Shown here one piece after another: positions 10,801 through 22,529 of a stretch of DNA of 64,000 nucleotides. Within the stretch, counting starts at the first letter, position 1, and the number at the start of each line of letters is the position of its first letter. Both the position numbers and the translations under genes were made by a program. The DNA comes from Eledone cirrhosa (lineage: Eukaryota), in NCBI GenBank assembly GCA_964016885.1, contig OZ024744.1:127038001-127102000 (forward strand), in the 5' to 3' direction. The notes beneath the pieces were generated by a model. That model made no database searches and had not been told where the DNA came from. It saw nothing but the letters and a program-made list of their open reading frames with translations.

Positions 10801-13800
10801 GTAAGTTAAGTTGGGCTTAAGTTAATTTGCGGTTAAGTTAGGTTGTGGGTTAAGTTAAGTTGGGGTTAAGTTAAGCTGGGGTTAAGTTGGGGTAAGTTAA
10901 GTTGGGGTTAAGTTAAGTTGGGGTTAAGTTAAGTTGGGGTTAAGTTAAGTTGGGGGTAAGTTAAGTTGGGGGCAAGTTAAGTTGGGGTTAAGTTAAGTTG
11001 GGGTTAAGTTAAGTTGGGGTTAAGTTAAGTTGGGGTTAAGTTAAGTTGGGGTTAAGTTAAGTTGGGGTTAAGTTAAGTTAGGGTTAATTTCAGTTGGGGT
11101 TATGTTAAGTTGGGGTTAAGTTAAGTTGGGGTTAAGTTAAAGTTGGGGTTAAGTTAAGTTGGGGTTAAGTTAAGTTAGGGTTAATTTCAGTTGGGGTTAC
11201 GTTAAGTTGGGGTTAAGTTAAGTTGGGGTTAAGTTAAGTTGGGGGTAAGTTAAGTGGGGTGTAAGTTAAGTTGGGGTTAAGTTAAGTTGGGGTTCAGTTC
11301 AGTTGGGGTTAAGTTAAGTTGGGGTTAAGTTAAGCTGGGGGTAAGTTAAGTTGGGTGTAAGTTAAGTTGGGGTTAAGTTAAGTTGGGGTTAAGTTAAGTT
11401 GGGGGTTAGTTAAGTTGGGGGCAAGTTAAGTTGGGGTTAATTTAAGTTGGGGTTAAGTTAAGTTGGGGTTATGTTAAGTTGGGGTTAACTTAAGTTGGGG
11501 GTAAGTTAAGTTGAGGGTAAGTTAAGTTGGGGTTAAGTTAAGTTGGGGTTAAATTAAGTTGGGGGTAAGTTAAGTTGGGGGTAAGTTAAGTTGGGGTTAA
11601 GTTAAGTTGGGGTTAAATTAAGTTGGGGGTAAGATAAGTTGGGGCTAAGTTAAGTTGGGGCTAAGTCAAGTTGGGGTTAAGTCAAGTTGAGGTTAACTTA
11701 AGTTGGGGTTATGTTAAGTTGGGGTTAAGTTGGGGCTAAGTTAAGTTGGGGCTGAGTTAAGTTGGGGTTAAGTTAAGTTGGGGTTGAGTTAAGTTGGGGT
11801 TAAGTTAAGTTGGGATTAAGTTAAGTTGGGGTTAAGTTAAGTTCGGCTTGAGTTAAGTTGGGGTTAAGTTAAGTTGGGGTTAAGTTAAGTTGGGGTTAAT
11901 TTAAGTTGGGGTTAAGTTAAGTTGGGGTTAAGATAAGTTGGGGTTAAGTTAAGTTGGGGTTAAGTTAAGTTGGGGTTGAGTTAATTTGGGGTTAAGTTAA
12001 GTTGGGGTTAACTTAAGTTGGGGTTAAGCTGGGGTTAAGTTAAGTTGGGGTTATGTTAAGGTGGGGGTAGGTTAAGTTGGGGGCAAGTTAAGTTGGGGTT
12101 AAGTTAAGTTGGGGTTAAGTTAAGTTGGGTTTAAGTTAAGTTGGGGCTAAGTTAAGTTGGGGCTAAGTTAAGTTGGGGCTGAGTTAAGTTGGGGTTAAGT
12201 TAAGTTGGGGTTGAGTTAAGTTGGGGTTATGTTAAGTTAGGGTTGAGTTAAGTTGGGGTTGAGTTAAGTTGGGGTTGAGTTAAGTTGGGGTTAAGTTAAG
12301 TTGGCGTTAAGTTAAGTTGGGGTTAAGTTAAGTTGGGGTTAAGTTAATTTGCGGTTAAGTTAGGTTGTGGGTTAAGTTAAGTTGGGGTTAAGTTAAGCTG
12401 GGGTTAAGTTGGGGTAAGTTAAGTTGGGGTTAAGTTAAGTTGGGGTTAAGTTAAGTTGGGGTTAAGTTAAGTTGGGGTTGAGTTAAGTTGGGGTTGAGTT
12501 AAGTTGGGGTTGAGTTAAGTTGTGGTTGAGTTAAGTTGGGGTTAAGTTAAGTTGGGGTTAAGTTAAGTTGGGGTTAAGTTAAGTTGGGGGTAGCTTAAGT
12601 TGGGGGCAAGTTAAGTTGGGGTTAAGTTAAGTTGGGGTTAAGTTAAGTTGGGTTTAAGTTAAGTTGGGGCTAAGTTAAGTTGGGGCTAAGTTAAGTTGGG
12701 GCTGAGTTAAGTTGGGGTTAAGTTAAGTTGGGGTTGAGTTAAGTTGGGGTTATGTTAAGTTAGGGTTGAGTTAAGTTGGGGTTGAGTTAAGTTGGGGTTG
12801 AGTTAAGTTAGGGTTAAGTTAAGTTGGCGTTAAGTTAAGTTGGGGTTAAGTTAAGTTGGGGTTAAGTTAATTTGCGGTTAAGTTAGGTTGTGGGTTAAGT
12901 TAAGTTGGGGTTAAGTTAAGCTGGGGTTAAGTTGGAGTAAGTTAAGTTGGGGGTGAGTTAAGTTAGGGTTAAGTTAAGTTGGGGTTAAGTTAAGTTGGGG
13001 TTAAGTTAAGTTGGGGTTAAGTTAAGTTGGGGTTGAGTTAAGTTGGGGTTGAGTTAAGTTGGGGTTAAGTTAAGTTGGGGTTAAGTTAAGTTGGGGTTAA
13101 GTTAAGTTGGGGTTAAGTTAAGTTGGGGTTAAGTTAAGTTGGGGGTAAGTTAAGTTGGAGTTAATTTAATTTGCGGTTAAGTTAGGTTGTGGGTTAAGTT
13201 AAGTTGGGGTTAAGTTAAGTTGGGGTTAAGTTGGGGTAAGTTAAGTTGGGGTTAAGTTAAGTTGGGGTTAAGTTAAGTTGGGGTTAAGTTAAGTTGGGGG
13301 TAAGTTAAGTTGGGGGCAAGTTAAGTTGGGGTTAAGTTAAGTTGGGGTTAAGTTAAGTTGGGGTTAAGTTAAGTTGGGGTTAAGTTAAGTTGGGGTTAAG
13401 TTAAGTTAGGGTTAATTTCAGTTGGGGTTTTGTTAAGTTGGGGTTAAGTTAAGTTGGGGTTAAGTTAAAGTTGGGGTTAAGTTAAGTTGGGGTTAAGTTA
13501 AGTTAGGGTTAATTTCAGTTGGGGTTATGTTAAGTTGGGGTTAAGTTAAGTTGGGGTTAAGTTAAGTTGGGGGTAAGTTAAGTGGGGTGTAAGTTAAGTT
13601 GGGGTTAAGTTAAGTTGGGGTTCAGTTCAGTTGGGGTTAAGTTAAGTTGGGGTTAAGTTAAGCTGGGGGTAAGTTAAGTTGGGTGTAAGTTAAGTTGGGG
13701 TTAAGTTAAGTTGGGGTTAAGTTAAGTTGGGGGTTAGTTAAGTTGGGGGCAAGTTAAGTTGGGGTTAATTTAAGTTGGGGTTAAGTTAAGTTGGGGTTAT

Positions 13801-16800
13801 GTTAAGTTGGGGTTAAGTTAGGTTGGGGTTAAGTTAAGTTGAGGGTAAGTTAAGTTGGGGTTAAGTTAAGTTGGGGTTAAATTAAGTTGGGGGTAAGTTA
13901 AGTTGGGGGTAAGTTAAGTTGGGGTTAAGTTAAGTTGGGGTTAAATTAAGTTGAGGTTAAGTTAAGTTGGGGTTAAGTTAAATTGGGGTTAATTTACGTT
14001 GGGGGTAAGATAAGTTGGGGCTAAGTTAAGTTGGGGCTAAGTCAAATGGGGTTAAGTCAAGTTGAGGTTAACTTAAGTTGGGGTTATGTTAAGTTGGGGT
14101 TAAGTTGGGGCTAAGTTAAGTTGGGGCTGAGTTAAGTTGGGGTTAAGTTAAGTTGGGGTTGAGTTAAGTTGGGGTTAATTTAAGTTGGGATTAAGTTAAG
14201 TTGGGGTTAAGTTAAGTTCGGCTTGAGTTAAGTTGGGGTTAAGTTAAGTTGGGGTTAATTTAAGTTGGGGTTAAGTTAAGTTGGGGTTAAGATAAGTTGG
14301 GGTTAAGTTAAGTTGGGGTTAAGTTAAGTTGGGGTTGAGTTAATTTGGGGTTAAGTTAAGTTGGGGTTAACTTAAGTTGGGGTTAAGTTGTGGTTAAGTT
14401 AAGTTGGGGTTAAGTTAAGTTGGGGGTAGGTTAAGTTGGGGGCAAGTTAAGTTGGGGTTAAGTTAAGTTGGGGTTAAGTTAAGTTGGGTTTAAGTTAAGT
14501 TGGGGCTAAGTTAAGTTGGGGCTAAGTTAAGTTGGGGCTGAGTTAAGTTGGGGTTAAGTTAAGTTGGGGTTGAGTTAAGTTGGGGTTATGTTAAGTTAGG
14601 GTTGAGTTAAGTTGGGGTTGAGTTAAGTTGGGGTTGAGTTAAGTTGGGGTTAAGTTAAGTTGGCGTTAAGTTAAGTTGGGGTTAAGTTAAGTTGGGGTTA
14701 AGTTAATTTGCGGTTAAGTTAAGTTGTGGGTTAAGTTAAGTTGGGGTTAAGTTAAGCTGGGGTTAACTGGGGTAAGTTAAGTTGGGGTAAGTTAAGTTGG
14801 GGTTAAGTTAAGTTGGGGTTAAGTTAAGTTGGGGTTGAGTTAAGTTGGGGTTAAGTTAAGTTGGGGTTAAGTTAAGCTGGGGGTAAGTTGGGGTAAGTTA
14901 AGTTGGGGTAAGTTAAGTTGGGGTTAAGTTAAGTTGGGGTTAAGTTAATTTGCGGTTAAGTTAGGTTGTGGGTTAAGTTAAGTTGGGGTTAAGTTAAGCT
15001 GGGGTTAACTGGGGTAAGTTAAGTTGGGGTAAGTTAAGTTGGGGTTAAGTTAAGTTGGGGTTAAGTTAAGTTGGGGGTAAGTTAAGTTGGGGGCAAGTTA
15101 AGTTGGGGTTACGTTAAGTTGGGGTTAAGTTAAGTTGGGGTTAAGTTAAGTTGGGGTTAAGTTAAGTTGGGGTTAAGTTAAGTTGGGGTTAAGTTAAGTT
15201 AGGGTTAATTTCAGTTGGGGTTATGTTAAGTTGGGGTTAAGTTAAGTTGGGGTTAAGTTAAAGTTGGGGTTAAGTTAAGTTGGGGTTCAGTTGGGGTAAG
15301 TTAAGTTGGGGGTAAGTTAAGTTGGGGTTAAGTTAAGTTGGGGTTAAGTTAAGTTGGGGTTGAGTTAAGTTGGGGTTAAGTTAAGTTAGGGTTAATTTCA
15401 GTTGGGGTTATGTTAAGTTGGGGTTAAGTTAAGTTGGGGTTAAGTTAAAGTTGGGGTTAAGTTCAGTTGGGGTTAATTTCAGTTGGGGTTATGTTAAGTT
15501 GGGGTTAAGTTAAGTTGGGGTTAAGTTAAAGTTGGGGTTAAGTTAAGTTGGGGTGAAGTTAAGTTAGGGTTAAGTTAAGTTGGGGTTAAGTTAAGTTGGG
15601 GTTAAATTAAGTTGGGGTTAAGTTAAGTTGGGGTTAAGTTAAGTTGGGGTTAAATTAAGTTGGGGTTCAGTTAAGTTGGGGTTAAATTAAGTTGGGGTTA
15701 AGTTAAGTTGGGGTTAGTTAAGTTGGGGTTAAGTTAAGTTGGGGTTAAGTTAAGTTGGGGTTAAGTTAAGTTGGGTTTAAGTTAAGTTGGCGTTAAGTTA
15801 AGTTGGGGTTAAGTTAAGTTGGGGCTAAGTTAAGTTGGGGTTAATTTAAGTTGGGGTTAAGTTAAGTTGGGGTTAAGTTAAGTTGGAGTTAAGTTAAGTT
15901 GGGGTTAAGTTAAGTTGGGGTTCAGTTCAGTTGGGGTTAAATTAAGTTGGGGTTAAGTTAAGTTGGGGTTATGTTAAGTTGGGGTTAAGTTAAGTTGGGG
16001 TTAAGTTAAGTTGGGGTTAAATTAAGTTGGGGTTAAGTTAAGTTGGGGTTATGTTATGTTGGGGTTAAGTTAAGTTGCGGTTAAGTTAAGTTGGGGTTAA
16101 GTTAAGTTGGGGTTAAGTTAAGTTGGGGTTAAGTTAAGTTGGGGTTAACTTAAGTTGGGGTTAAGTTTGGGTTAAGTTAAGTTGGGGTTAAGTTAAGTTG
16201 GGGGTTAGTTAAGTTGGGGGCAAGTTAAGTTGGGGTTAATTTAAGTTGGGGTTAAGTTAAGTTGGGGTTATGTTAAGTTGGGGTTAAGTTAAGTTGGGGT
16301 TAAGTTAAGTTGGGGTAAGTTAAGTTGGGGTTAAGTTAAGTTGGGGTTAAATTGAGTTGGGGGTAAGTTAAGTTGGGGGTAAGTTAAGTTGGGGTTAAGT
16401 TAAGTTGGGGCTAAGTTAAGTTGGGGCTGAGTTAAGTTGGGGTTAAGTTAAGTTGGGGTTGAGTTAAGTTGGGGTTAAATTAAGTTGGGATTAAGTTAAG
16501 TTGGGGTTAAGTTAAGTTCGGCTTGAGTTAAGTTGGGGTTAAGTTAAGTTGGGTTTAATTTAAGTTGGGGTTAAGTTAAGTTGGGGTTAAGATAAGTTGG
16601 GGTTAAGTTAAGTTGGGGTTAAGTTAAGTTGGGGTTGAGTTAATTTGGGGTTAAGTTAAGTTGGGGTTAACTTAAGTTGGGGTTGAGTTGGGGTTAAGTT
16701 AAGTTGGGGTTAAGTTAAGTTGGGGTTAAGTTAAGTTGGGGGTAGGTTAAGTTGGGGGCAAGTTAAGTTGGGGTTAAGTTAAGTTGGGGTTAAGTTAAGT

Positions 16801-19800
16801 TGGGGGTAAGTTAAGTTGGGGTTAAGTTAAGTTGGGTTTAAGTTAAGTTGGGGCTAAGTTAAGTTGGGGCTAAGTTAAGTTGGGGCTGAGTTAAGTTGGG
16901 GTTAAGTTAAGTTGGGGTTGAGTTAAGTTGGGGTTATGTTAAGTTAGGGTTGAGTTCAGTTGGGGTTGAGTTAAGTTGGGGTTGAGTTAAGTAGGGGTTA
17001 AGTTAAGTTGGGGTTAAGTTAAGTTGGGGTCAAGTTAATTTGCGGTTAAGTTAGGTTGTGGGTTAAGTTAAGTTGGGGTTAAGTTAAGCTGGGGTTAAGT
17101 TGGGGTAAGTTAAGTTGGGGGTAAGTTAAGTTGGGGTTAAGTTATGTTGGGGTTAAGTTAAGTTGGGGTTGAGTTAAGTTGGGGTTGAGTTAAGTTGGGG
17201 TTGAGTTAAGTTGGGGTTAAGTTAAGTTGGGGTTAAGTTAAGTTGGGGTTAAGTTAAGTTGGGGGTTAGTTAAGTTGGGGGCAAGTTAAGTTGGGGTTAA
17301 TTTAAGTTGGGGTTAAGTTAAGTTGGGGTTATGTTAAGTTGGGGTTAAGTTAAGTTGGGGTTAAGTTAAGTTGGGGGTAAGTTAAGTTGGGGTTAAGTTA
17401 AGTTGGGGGTAAGTTAAGTTGAGGGTAAGTTAAGTTGGGGTTAAGTTAAGTTGGGGTTAAATTAAGTTGGGGGTAAGTTAAGTTGGGGGTAAGTTAAGTT
17501 GGGGTTAAGTTAAGTTGAGGTTAAATTAAGTTGAGGTTAAGTTAAGTTGGGGTTAAGTTAAATTGGGGTTAATTTAAGTTGGGGGTAAGATAAGTTGGGG
17601 CTAAGTTAAGTTGGGGCTAAGTCAAGTTGGGGTTAAGTCAAGTTGAGGTTAACTTAAGTTGGGGTTATGTTAAGTTGGGGTTAAGTTGGGGCTAAGTTAA
17701 GTTGGGGCTGAGTTAAGTTGGGGTTAAGTTAAGTTGGGGTTGAGTTAAGTTGGGGTTAAGTTAAGTTGGGATTAAGTTAAGTTGGGGTTAAGTTAAGTTC
17801 GGCTTGAGTTAAGTTGGGGTTAAGTTAAGTTGGGGTTAATTTATTGTTGGGGTTAAGTTAAGTTGGGGTTAAGATAAGTTGGGGTTAAGTTAAGTTGGGG
17901 TTGAGTTAATTTGGGGTTAAGTTAAGTTGGGGTTAACTTAAGTTGGGGTTAAGTTGGGGTTAAGTTAAGTTGGGGTTAAGTTAAGTTGGGGGTAGGTTAA
18001 GTTGGGGGCAAGTTAAGTTGGGTTTAAGTTAAGTTGGGGCTAAGTTAAGTTGGGGCTAAGTTAAGTTGGGGCTGAGTTAAGTTGGGGTTAAGTTAAGTTG
18101 GGGTTGAGTTAAGTTGGGGTTATGTTAAGTTAGGGTTGAGTTAAGTTGGGGTTGAGTTAAGTTGGGGTTGAGTTAAGTTGGGGTTAAGTTAAGTTGGCGT
18201 TAAGTTAAGTTGGGGTTAAGTTAAGTTGGGGTTAAGTTAATTTGCGGTTAAGTTAGGTTGTGGGTTAAGTTAAGTTGGGGTTAAGTTAAGCTGGGGTTAA
18301 GTTGGGGTAAGTTAAGTTGGGGTTAAGTTAAGTTGGGGTTAAGTTAAGTTGGGGTTAAGTTAAGTTGGGAGTAAGTTAAGTTGGGGGCAAGTTAAGTTGG
18401 GGTTAAGTTAAGTTGGGGTTAAGTTGGGGTTAAGTTAAGTTGGGGTTAAGTTAAGTTGGGGTTAAGTTAAGTTAGGGTTAATTTCAGTTGGGGTTATGTT
18501 AAGTTGGGGTTAAGTTAAGTTGGGGTTAAGTTAAAGTTGGGGTTAAGTTAAGTTGGGGTTAAGTTAAGTTAGGGTTAATTTCAGTTGGGGTTATGTTAAG
18601 TTGGGGTTAAGTTAAGTTGGGGTTAAGTTAAGTTGGAGGTAAGTTAAGTGGGGTGTAAGTTAAGTTGGGGTTAAGTTAAGTTGGGGTTCAGTTCAGTTGG
18701 GGTTATGTTAAGTTGGGGTTAAGTTAAGCTGGGGGTAAGTTAAGTTGGGTGTAAGTTAAGTTGGGGTTAAGTTAAGTTGGGGTTAAGTTAAGTTGGGGGT
18801 TAGTTAAGTTGGGGGCAAGTTAAGTTGGGGTTAATTTAAGTTGGGGTTAAGTTAAGTTGGGGTTATGTTAAGTTGGGGTTAAGTTAAGTTGGGGTTAAGT
18901 TAAGTTGGGGGTAAGTTAAGTTGGGGTTAAGTTAAGTTGGGGGTAAGTTAAGTTGAGGGTAAGTTAAGTTGGGGTTAAGTTAAGTTGGGGTTAAATTAAG
19001 TTGGGGGTAAGTTAAGTTGGGGGTAAGTTAAGTTGGGGTTAAGTTAAGTTGGGGTTAAATTAAGTTGAGGTTAAGTTAAGTTGGGGTTAAGTTAAATTGG
19101 GGTTAATTTAAGTTGGTGGTAAGATAAGTTGGGGTTAAGTTAAGTTGGGGTTAAGATAAGTTGGGGTTAAGTTAAGTTGGGGTTAAGTTAAGTTGGGGTT
19201 GAGTTAATTTGGGGTTAAGTTAAGTTGGGGTTAAGTTAAGTTGGGGTTAAGTTGGGGTTAAGTTAAGTTGGGGTTAAGTTAAGTTGGGGGTAGGTTAAGT
19301 TGGGGGCAAGTTAAGTTGGGGTTAAGTTAAGTTGGGGTTAAGTTAAGTTGGGTTTAAGTTAAGTTGGGGCTAAGTTAAGTTGGGGCTGAGTTAAGTTGGG
19401 GCTGAGTTAAGTTGGGGTTAAGTTAAGTTGGGGTTGAGTTAAGTTGGGGTTATGTTAAGTTAGGGTTGAATTAAGTTGGGGTTGAGTTAAGTTGGGGCTG
19501 AGTTAAGTTGGGGTTAAGTTAAGTTGGCGTTAAGTTAAGTTGGGGTTAAGTTAAGTTGGGGTTAAGTTAATTTGCGGTTAAGTTAGGTTGTGGGTTAAGT
19601 TAAGTTGGGGTTAAGTTAAGCTGGGGTTAAGTTGGGGTAAGTTAAGTTGGGGTTAAGTTAAGTTGGGGTTAAGTTAAGTTGGGGTTAAGTTAAGTTGGGG
19701 TTAAGTTAAGTTGGGGTTGAGTTAAGTTGGGGTTGAGTTAAGTTGGGGTTAAGTTAAGTTGGGGTTAAGTTAAGTTGGAGTTAAGTTAAGTTGGGGGTAA

Positions 19801-22529
19801 GTTAAGTTGGGGTTAAGTTAATTTGCGGTTAAGTTAGGTTGTGGGTTAAGTTAAGTTGGGGTTAAGTTAAGCTGGGGTTAAGTTGGGGTAAGTTAAGTTG
19901 GGGTTAAGTTAAGTTGGGGTTAAGTTAAGTTGGGGTTAAATTAAGTTGGGGTTAAGTTAAGTTGGGGTTATGTTAAGTTGGGGTTAAGTTAAGTTGCGGT
20001 TAAGTTAAGTTGGGGTTAAGTTAAGTTGGGGTTAAGTTAAGTTGGGGTTAAGTTAAGTTGGAGTTAAGTTAAGTTGGGGTTAACTTAAGTTGGGGTTAAG
20101 TTGGGGTTAAGTTAAGTTGGGGTTAAGTTAAGTTGGGGGTTAGTTAAGTTGGGGGCAAGTTAAGTTGGGGTTAATTTAAGTTGGGGTTAAGTTAAGTTGG
20201 GGTTATGCTAAGTTGGGGTTAAGTGAAGTTGGGGTTAAGTTAAGTTGGGGGTAAGTTAAGTTGGGGTTAAGTTAAGTTGGGGGTAAGTTAAGTTGGGGGT
20301 AAGTTAAGTTGGGGGTAAGTTAAGTTGAGGGTAAGTTAAGTTGGGGTTAAGTTAAGTTGGGGTTAAATTGAGTTGGGGGTAAGTTAAGTTGGGGGTAAGT
20401 TAAGTTGGGGTTAAGTTAAGTTGGGGTTAAATTAAGTTGAGGTTAAGTTAAGTTGGGGTTAAGTTAAGTTGGGGTTAAGTTAAGTTGGGGGTAAGATAAG
20501 TTGGGGCTAAGTTAAGTTGGGGCTAAGTCAAGTTGGGGTTAAGTTAAGTTGGGGTTAAGTTAAGTTGGGGTTAAGGTAAGTTGGGGTTATGTTAAGTTGG
20601 GGCTAAGTTAAGTTGGGGCTAAGTTAAGTTGGGGCTGAGTTAAGTTGGGGTTAAGTTAAGTTGGGGTTGAGTTAAGTTGGGGTTAAGTTAAGTTGGGATT
20701 AAGTTAAGTTGGGGTTAAGTTAAGTTCGGCTTGAGTTAAGTTGGGGTTAAGTTAAGTTGGGGTTAATTTAAGTTGGGGTTAAGTTAAGTTGGGGTTAAGA
20801 TAAGTTGGGGTTAAGTTAAGTTGGGGTTAAGTTAAGTTGGGGTTGAGTTAATTTGGGGTTAAGTTAAGTTGGGGTTAACTTAAGTTGGGGTTAAGTTGGG
20901 GTTAAGTTAAGTTGGGGGTAGGTTAAGTTGGGGGCAAGTTAAGTTGGGGTTAAGTTAAGTTGGGGTTAAGTTAAGTTGGGGGTAAGTTAAGTTGGGGTTA
21001 AGTTAAGTTGGGGTTAAGTTAAGTTGGGTTTAAGTTAAGTTGGGGCTAAGTTAAGTTGGGGCTAAGTTAAGTTGGGGCTGAGTTAAGTTGGGGTTAAGTT
21101 AAGTTGGGGTTGAGTTAAGTTGGGGTTATGTTAAGTTAGGGTTGAGTTAAGTTGGGGTTGAGTTAAGTTGGGGTTGAGTTAAGTAGGGGTTAAGTTAAGT
21201 TGGCGTTAAGTTAAGTTGGGGTTAGGTTAAGTTGGGGTCAAGTTAATTTGCGGTTAAGTTAGGTTGTGGGTTAAGTTAAGTTGGGGTTAAGTTAAGTTGG
21301 GGTTAAGTTGGGGTAAGTTAAGTTGGGGGTAAATTAAGTTGGGGTTAAGTTAAGTTGGGGTTAAGTTAAGTTGGGGTTGAGTTAAGTTGGGGTTGAGTTA
21401 AGTTGGGGTTGAGTTAAGTTGGGGTTAAGTTAAGTTGGGGTTAAGTTAAGTTGGGGGTAAGTTAAGTTGGGGGTAAGTTAAGTTGGGGTTAAGTTAAGTT
21501 GGGGTTAAGTTAAGTTGGGGTTAAGTTAAGTTGGGGTTAAGTTAAGTTGGGGTTAAGTTAAGTTGGGGGTTAGTTTAGTTGGGGGCAAGTTAAGTTGGGG
21601 TTAATTTAAGTTGTGGTTAAGTTAAGTTGGGGTTATGTTAAGTTGGGGTTAAGTTAAGTTGGGGTTAAGTTAAGTTGGGGGTAAGTTAAGTTGGGGTTAA
21701 GTTAAGTTGGGGGTAAGTTAAGTTGAGGGTAAGTTAAGTTGGGGTTAAGTTAAGTTGGGGTTAAGTTAAGTTGGGGGTAAGTTAAGTTGGGGGTAAGTTA
21801 AGTTGGGGTTAAGTTAAGTTGGGGTTAAATTAAGTTGAGGTTAAGTTAAGTTGGGGTTAAGTCAAGTTGAGGTTAACTTAAGTTGGGGTTATGTTAAGTT
21901 GGGGTTAAGTTGGGGCTAAGTTAAGTTGGGGCTGAGTTAAGTTGGGGTTAAGTTAAGTTCGGCTTGAGTTAAGTTGGGGTTAAGTTAAGTTGGGGTTAAT
22001 TTAAGTTGGGGTTAAGTTAAGTTGGGGTTAAGATAAGTTGGGGTTAAGTTAAGTTGGGGTTAAGTTAAGTTGGGGTTGAGTTAATTTGGGGTTAAGTTAA
22101 GTTGGGGTTAACTTAAGTTGGGGTTAAGTTGGGGTTGAGTTAAGTTGGGGTTGAGTTAAGTTGAGGTTAAGTTAAGTTGGCGTTAAGTTAAGTTGGGGTT
22201 AAGTTAAGTTGGGGTTAAGTTGGGGTAAGTTAAGTTGGGGGTAAGTTAAGTTGGGGTTAAGTTAAGTTGGGGTTAAGTTAAGTTGGGGTTAAGTTAAGTT
22301 GGGGTTAAGTTAAGTTGGGGTTGAGTTAAGTTGGGGTTAAGTTAAGTTGGGGTTAAGTTAAGTTGGGGTTAAGTTAAGTTGGGGGTAAGTTAAGTTGGGG
22401 TTAAGTTAATTTGCGGTTAAGTTAGGTTGTGGGTTAAGTTAAGTTGGGGTTAAGTTAAGCTGGGGTTAAGTTGGGGTAAGTTAAGTTGGGGTTAAGTTAA
22501 GTTGGGGTTAAGTTAAGTTGGGGTTAAGT

